Shown here piece by piece: positions 43,199-45,626 of a stretch of 45,626 nucleotides of DNA. Numbering within the stretch: the first letter of the stretch is position 1; each line of letters begins with the position of its first letter. The DNA lies in contig CAYGDF010000002.1 of assembly GCA_964348675.1 (NCBI GenBank), positions 1-45,626 of the forward strand, in the 5' to 3' direction. The position numbers and the translations under genes were made by a program. This DNA comes from an uncultured Candidatus Saccharibacteria bacterium. GTDB taxonomy: Bacteria > Patescibacteriota > Minisyncoccia > Phycocordibacterales > UBA5272. Below the pieces are notes generated by a model. That model ran no database searches, was not told the origin of the DNA, and saw only the letters and a list, made by a program, of their open reading frames with translations.

Positions 43199-44665
43199 AT
43201 GGACACGTCACCAACGCGCATATTTGCGCTACTGCCCAATCTGAATCAGAAAGACAAAAACCTCATAACCCGCGCTTGTGAGTTTGCAAAGAAAGCGCAC
43301 GAAGGCCAACTCAGAAACTCTGGTGAACCCTACTTTAATCACGTTTTCTCTACAGGACTGAATCTAGCACAGCTAAAAATGGATGCCGATACAATCGCTG
43401 CTGGAATAATGCACGATGTACTTGAAGATACCAATGTCACCGCCAAAGAGATGACTGAGGAATTTGGTGAACATATTACTAAACTAGTTGAAGGAGTAAC
43501 AAAACTTGGAAAACTGCGCTACTCCGGAATGGAGCGTCACGTAGAATCTCTACGTAAATTCTTCGTCGCTATGGCAGATGATATTCGTGTGGTCATCATT
43601 AAACTCTGCGATAGGCTTCATAATATTCAAACACTAGAATACGTTCGCCCAGAAAAACAAAAAAGAATTGCGCTTGAAACAATCGAACTTCACGCCAGAC
43701 TTGCGGACCGTCTAGGAATGGGAAGATTAAAAGCAGAACTTGAAGACGCCGCTTTTCCGTATGTCTATCCTGAAGAATTTAAACAGACCGTAGAACTATT
43801 CCGTACTCTTAATCCAATATCTGAAAAAGCCATTGAGAACGTTGTAAGCAAACTTGAAGAAGAGTTGGGTGTGTTTGACGTTCACATTGAGCGAATAGAC
43901 TACCGCATAAAACATTTATATTCATTGTGGCAAAAGTTGAAACGTTACAAAATGGATACTAGTAAAATTTATGATGTCGTAGCGCTTCGTATACTCGTGC
44001 CTAACGTCGCTGACTGTTATCAAGCACTAGGTGTTATTCATGGTTTATATAGACCAGTACCAGGAAGATTTAAAGATTATATTGCCGTACCAAAACCAAA
44101 CGGATACCGCTCACTTCATACAACAATTTTCTCAGGAGACGGAGACACTTTGGAAATACAAATTCGCACAAACGAAATGCACAACGAAGCCGAGTACGGT
44201 ATCGCTTCGCATTTGGGATATAAGGAAGTTGGAAAGAACGTCAGCGAACAAGACATCAAACAAAAAATCGGCTGGACCAAAGAATTACTAGAATGGCAGA
44301 AAGATGTAGAGCATCATCAAGAATTTATGAGTAACTTGCGCACTGACTTTTTCCAAAACCGTGTATTCGTTTTTACTCCAAAAGGAGATGTGATTGACTT
44401 ACCGGACGGATCAACTGCGATTGATTTCGCTTATGCTATTCACTCAAAAATCGGCGACCATATTTCTGGGGCAAAAATAAATGGCAAACTGGTTCCACTT
44501 GAAACTACTTTAAAAAATCGTGACGTTATAGAAATAGAAGTGAAAGATAGTGCTTCACCAAAACGTAAGTGGATAGATATGGCTAGGACAACAGTAGCAA
44601 AAAGAAAAATCAGACAATACATTAGAGAGCACGGAGGACTTATTGATAAATTCTTAACGCGATAA
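43199..44665 (+). CDS. RelA/SpoT-homolog bifunctional (p)ppGpp synthetase/hydrolase (HD, synthetase and TGS domains, no ACT).
   Basis: 'HDVLEDT' (HD domain), 'YRSLHTTI' (synthetase) and 'VFVFTPKGDVIDLPDGSTAIDFAYAIH' (TGS). Confidence 0.9.
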   Translation: MDTSPTRIFALLPNLNQKDKNLITRACEFAKKAHEGQLRNSGEPYFNHVFSTGLNLAQLKMDADTIAAGIMHDVLEDTNVTAKEMTEEFGEHITKLVEGVTKLGKLRYSGMERHVESLRKFFVAMADDIRVVIIKLCDRLHNIQTLEYVRPEKQKRIALETIELHARLADRLGMGRLKAELEDAAFPYVYPEEFKQTVELFRTLNPISEKAIENVVSKLEEELGVFDVHIERIDYRIKHLYSLWQKLKRYKMDTSKIYDVVALRILVPNVADCYQALGVIHGLYRPVPGRFKDYIAVPKPNGYRSLHTTIFSGDGDTLEIQIRTNEMHNEAEYGIASHLGYKEVGKNVSEQDIKQKIGWTKELLEWQKDVEHHQEFMSNLRTDFFQNRVFVFTPKGDVIDLPDGSTAIDFAYAIHSKIGDHISGAKINGKLVPLETTLKNRDVIEIEVKDSASPKRKWIDMARTTVAKRKIRQYIREHGGLIDKFLTR

Positions 44666-44666
44666 T

Positions 44667-44927
44667 TTAATACGGCGCAATCAGTGTGAACCTCTGTACT
44701 TTTTCTTTTACGTCTTCCCATTCACAAAGTTCATACCACTCTTCAAGAGGTCGAGTGAAGTACGGAGCGTCTGGATTATCATACATAGGCTCATAAACAA
44801 CCATCCAAATCTCTTCGTCAGAATGAAGAGCAAGTGCTTTAACTTTATAATAATCCCCCTTGAAGTGCCGATACACTTCTCCTTCCTTTGGATATTTAGT
44901 TGGCAGGTCTACTTTGTTTCCTTTCAT
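44667..44927 (-). CDS. DUF1653 domain protein.
   Basis: The 'YRHFKGDYYKV...VVYEPMY' pattern is typical of DUF1653. Confidence 0.7.
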   Translation of the reverse strand: MKGNKVDLPTKYPKEGEVYRHFKGDYYKVKALALHSDEEIWMVVYEPMYDNPDAPYFTRPLEEWYELCEWEDVKEKVQRFTLIAPY

Positions 44928-45114
44928 ATAATAAGTATATACCCTACATGCAATTATTCCATATGTAAATATTACACAAAAAACCCTTATAAATTAAGGT
45001 TTTTTGTGACTTTTAGTTATTTAAAATAAATATATTAATTTAGATTCGATGCACAGAGAAGCGAGCGAGATAGGCTCCGTAACAAAGAAAAATAAACTGA
45101 GTAATATATTTGTT

Positions 45115-45626
45115 TTAAACAGAAAAATTCTTTACGTTGTATAAATCTTCACTCTGTTCATCTGTTTTAACTTCATCTATTGATCTATCATCTAAAGACG
45201 CATCAGTGGCCATGTACATATCTTCAATATCTTCTGGCAATATATCTTCTTCGATTGCTTCACTACTTGTTTGTATTGCGGCATTATCTACCAATTCCTT
45301 CACCTCCTCCTCAGTTACTACTTGTCCAGAAATATTTCCTAGATGTGTTAATTCTTTTTCAGTTACCGGTTCTACATATCTCGGCGTATCAGGAACGGCT
45401 TTTAAAGTTTCCATATCTTCTTCACGGATTGTATCGAACATTCCTTTGTGAGTTTTCGCTTCGCCAGCTTTTCTAATCGCTACAGAAAGAGCTAATAGTT
45501 CTTCGTGAGAAAAATAATCAATCCAAATTCTACCCCCGCGTTCACGTGGTTCGATTTGAACACGAGTACCGAGTGTCTCTGCAAGTTTTTCTTCCATGTC
45601 CACTACTTCAGGTGTCATAAAGTGGT
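45115..45626 (-). CDS. ParB/Spo0J-like protein C-terminal part with a long acidic tail, 5'-truncated by the window edge.
   Basis: 'LAETLGTRVQIEPRERGGRIWIDYFSHEELLAL' resembles the ParB C-terminal dimerisation region. The ORF runs off the window. Confidence 0.55.
   Translation of the reverse strand, partial: HFMTPEVVDMEEKLAETLGTRVQIEPRERGGRIWIDYFSHEELLALSVAIRKAGEAKTHKGMFDTIREEDMETLKAVPDTPRYVEPVTEKELTHLGNISGQVVTEEEVKELVDNAAIQTSSEAIEEDILPEDIEDMYMATDASLDDRSIDEVKTDEQSEDLYNVKNFSV

Overview
The window is an AT-rich (about 35% GC), gene-dense bacterial chromosome segment. Its gene content and style look like a CPR/Patescibacteria (Parcubacteria-like) genome, which is an inference: short N-terminally truncated IF-2, DUF4446, a sigma-region-4/HARE-HTH protein, small membrane proteins, and genes that mostly lack Shine-Dalgarno motifs. 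Housekeeping genes I recognise are bcp, a Fur/Zur-like regulator with a divergent ZIP transporter, mnmA, a DnaQ-like exonuclease, mltG, leuS, peptidase E, MGMT, HIT, msrB/msrA, Nudix, clpB, Fe/Mn-SOD, cysteine desulfurase, infB, rbfA, an RluA-family synthase, dprA, topA, Rel/SpoT, DUF1653 and a ParB-like fragment. There are five tRNAs: Tyr-GTA, Leu-TAA, Cys-GCA, Lys-CTT and Leu-TAG. Five things stand out. (1) A roughly 5 kb accessory island (about 30.7-35.75 kb) ends in a large serine recombinase whose 3' end overlaps tRNA-Leu(TAG). It carries a tightly coupled TIR-like (DUF1863/ThsB-like) gene plus a caspase-like (His-Cys dyad) gene, which is a candidate Thoeris-like signalling/protease defence pair. 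(2) At least six GC-rich (about 52-65% GC) cassettes are embedded in the AT-rich backbone. Each has a strong Shine-Dalgarno and usually its own rho-independent terminator, and all encode proteins I cannot assign. (3) Two paralogous structured elements lie next to tRNA-Leu(TAA) and tRNA-Cys, and each ends in an exact 20-24 nt copy of the neighbouring tRNA 3' end. (4) The topA 3' end is duplicated: a GC-recoded functional end plus a displaced native remnant, flanked by a 14-bp direct repeat. (5) LeuRS carries a Nudix domain and a Ham1/ITPase-like domain as insertions. No CRISPR array or rRNA is present.
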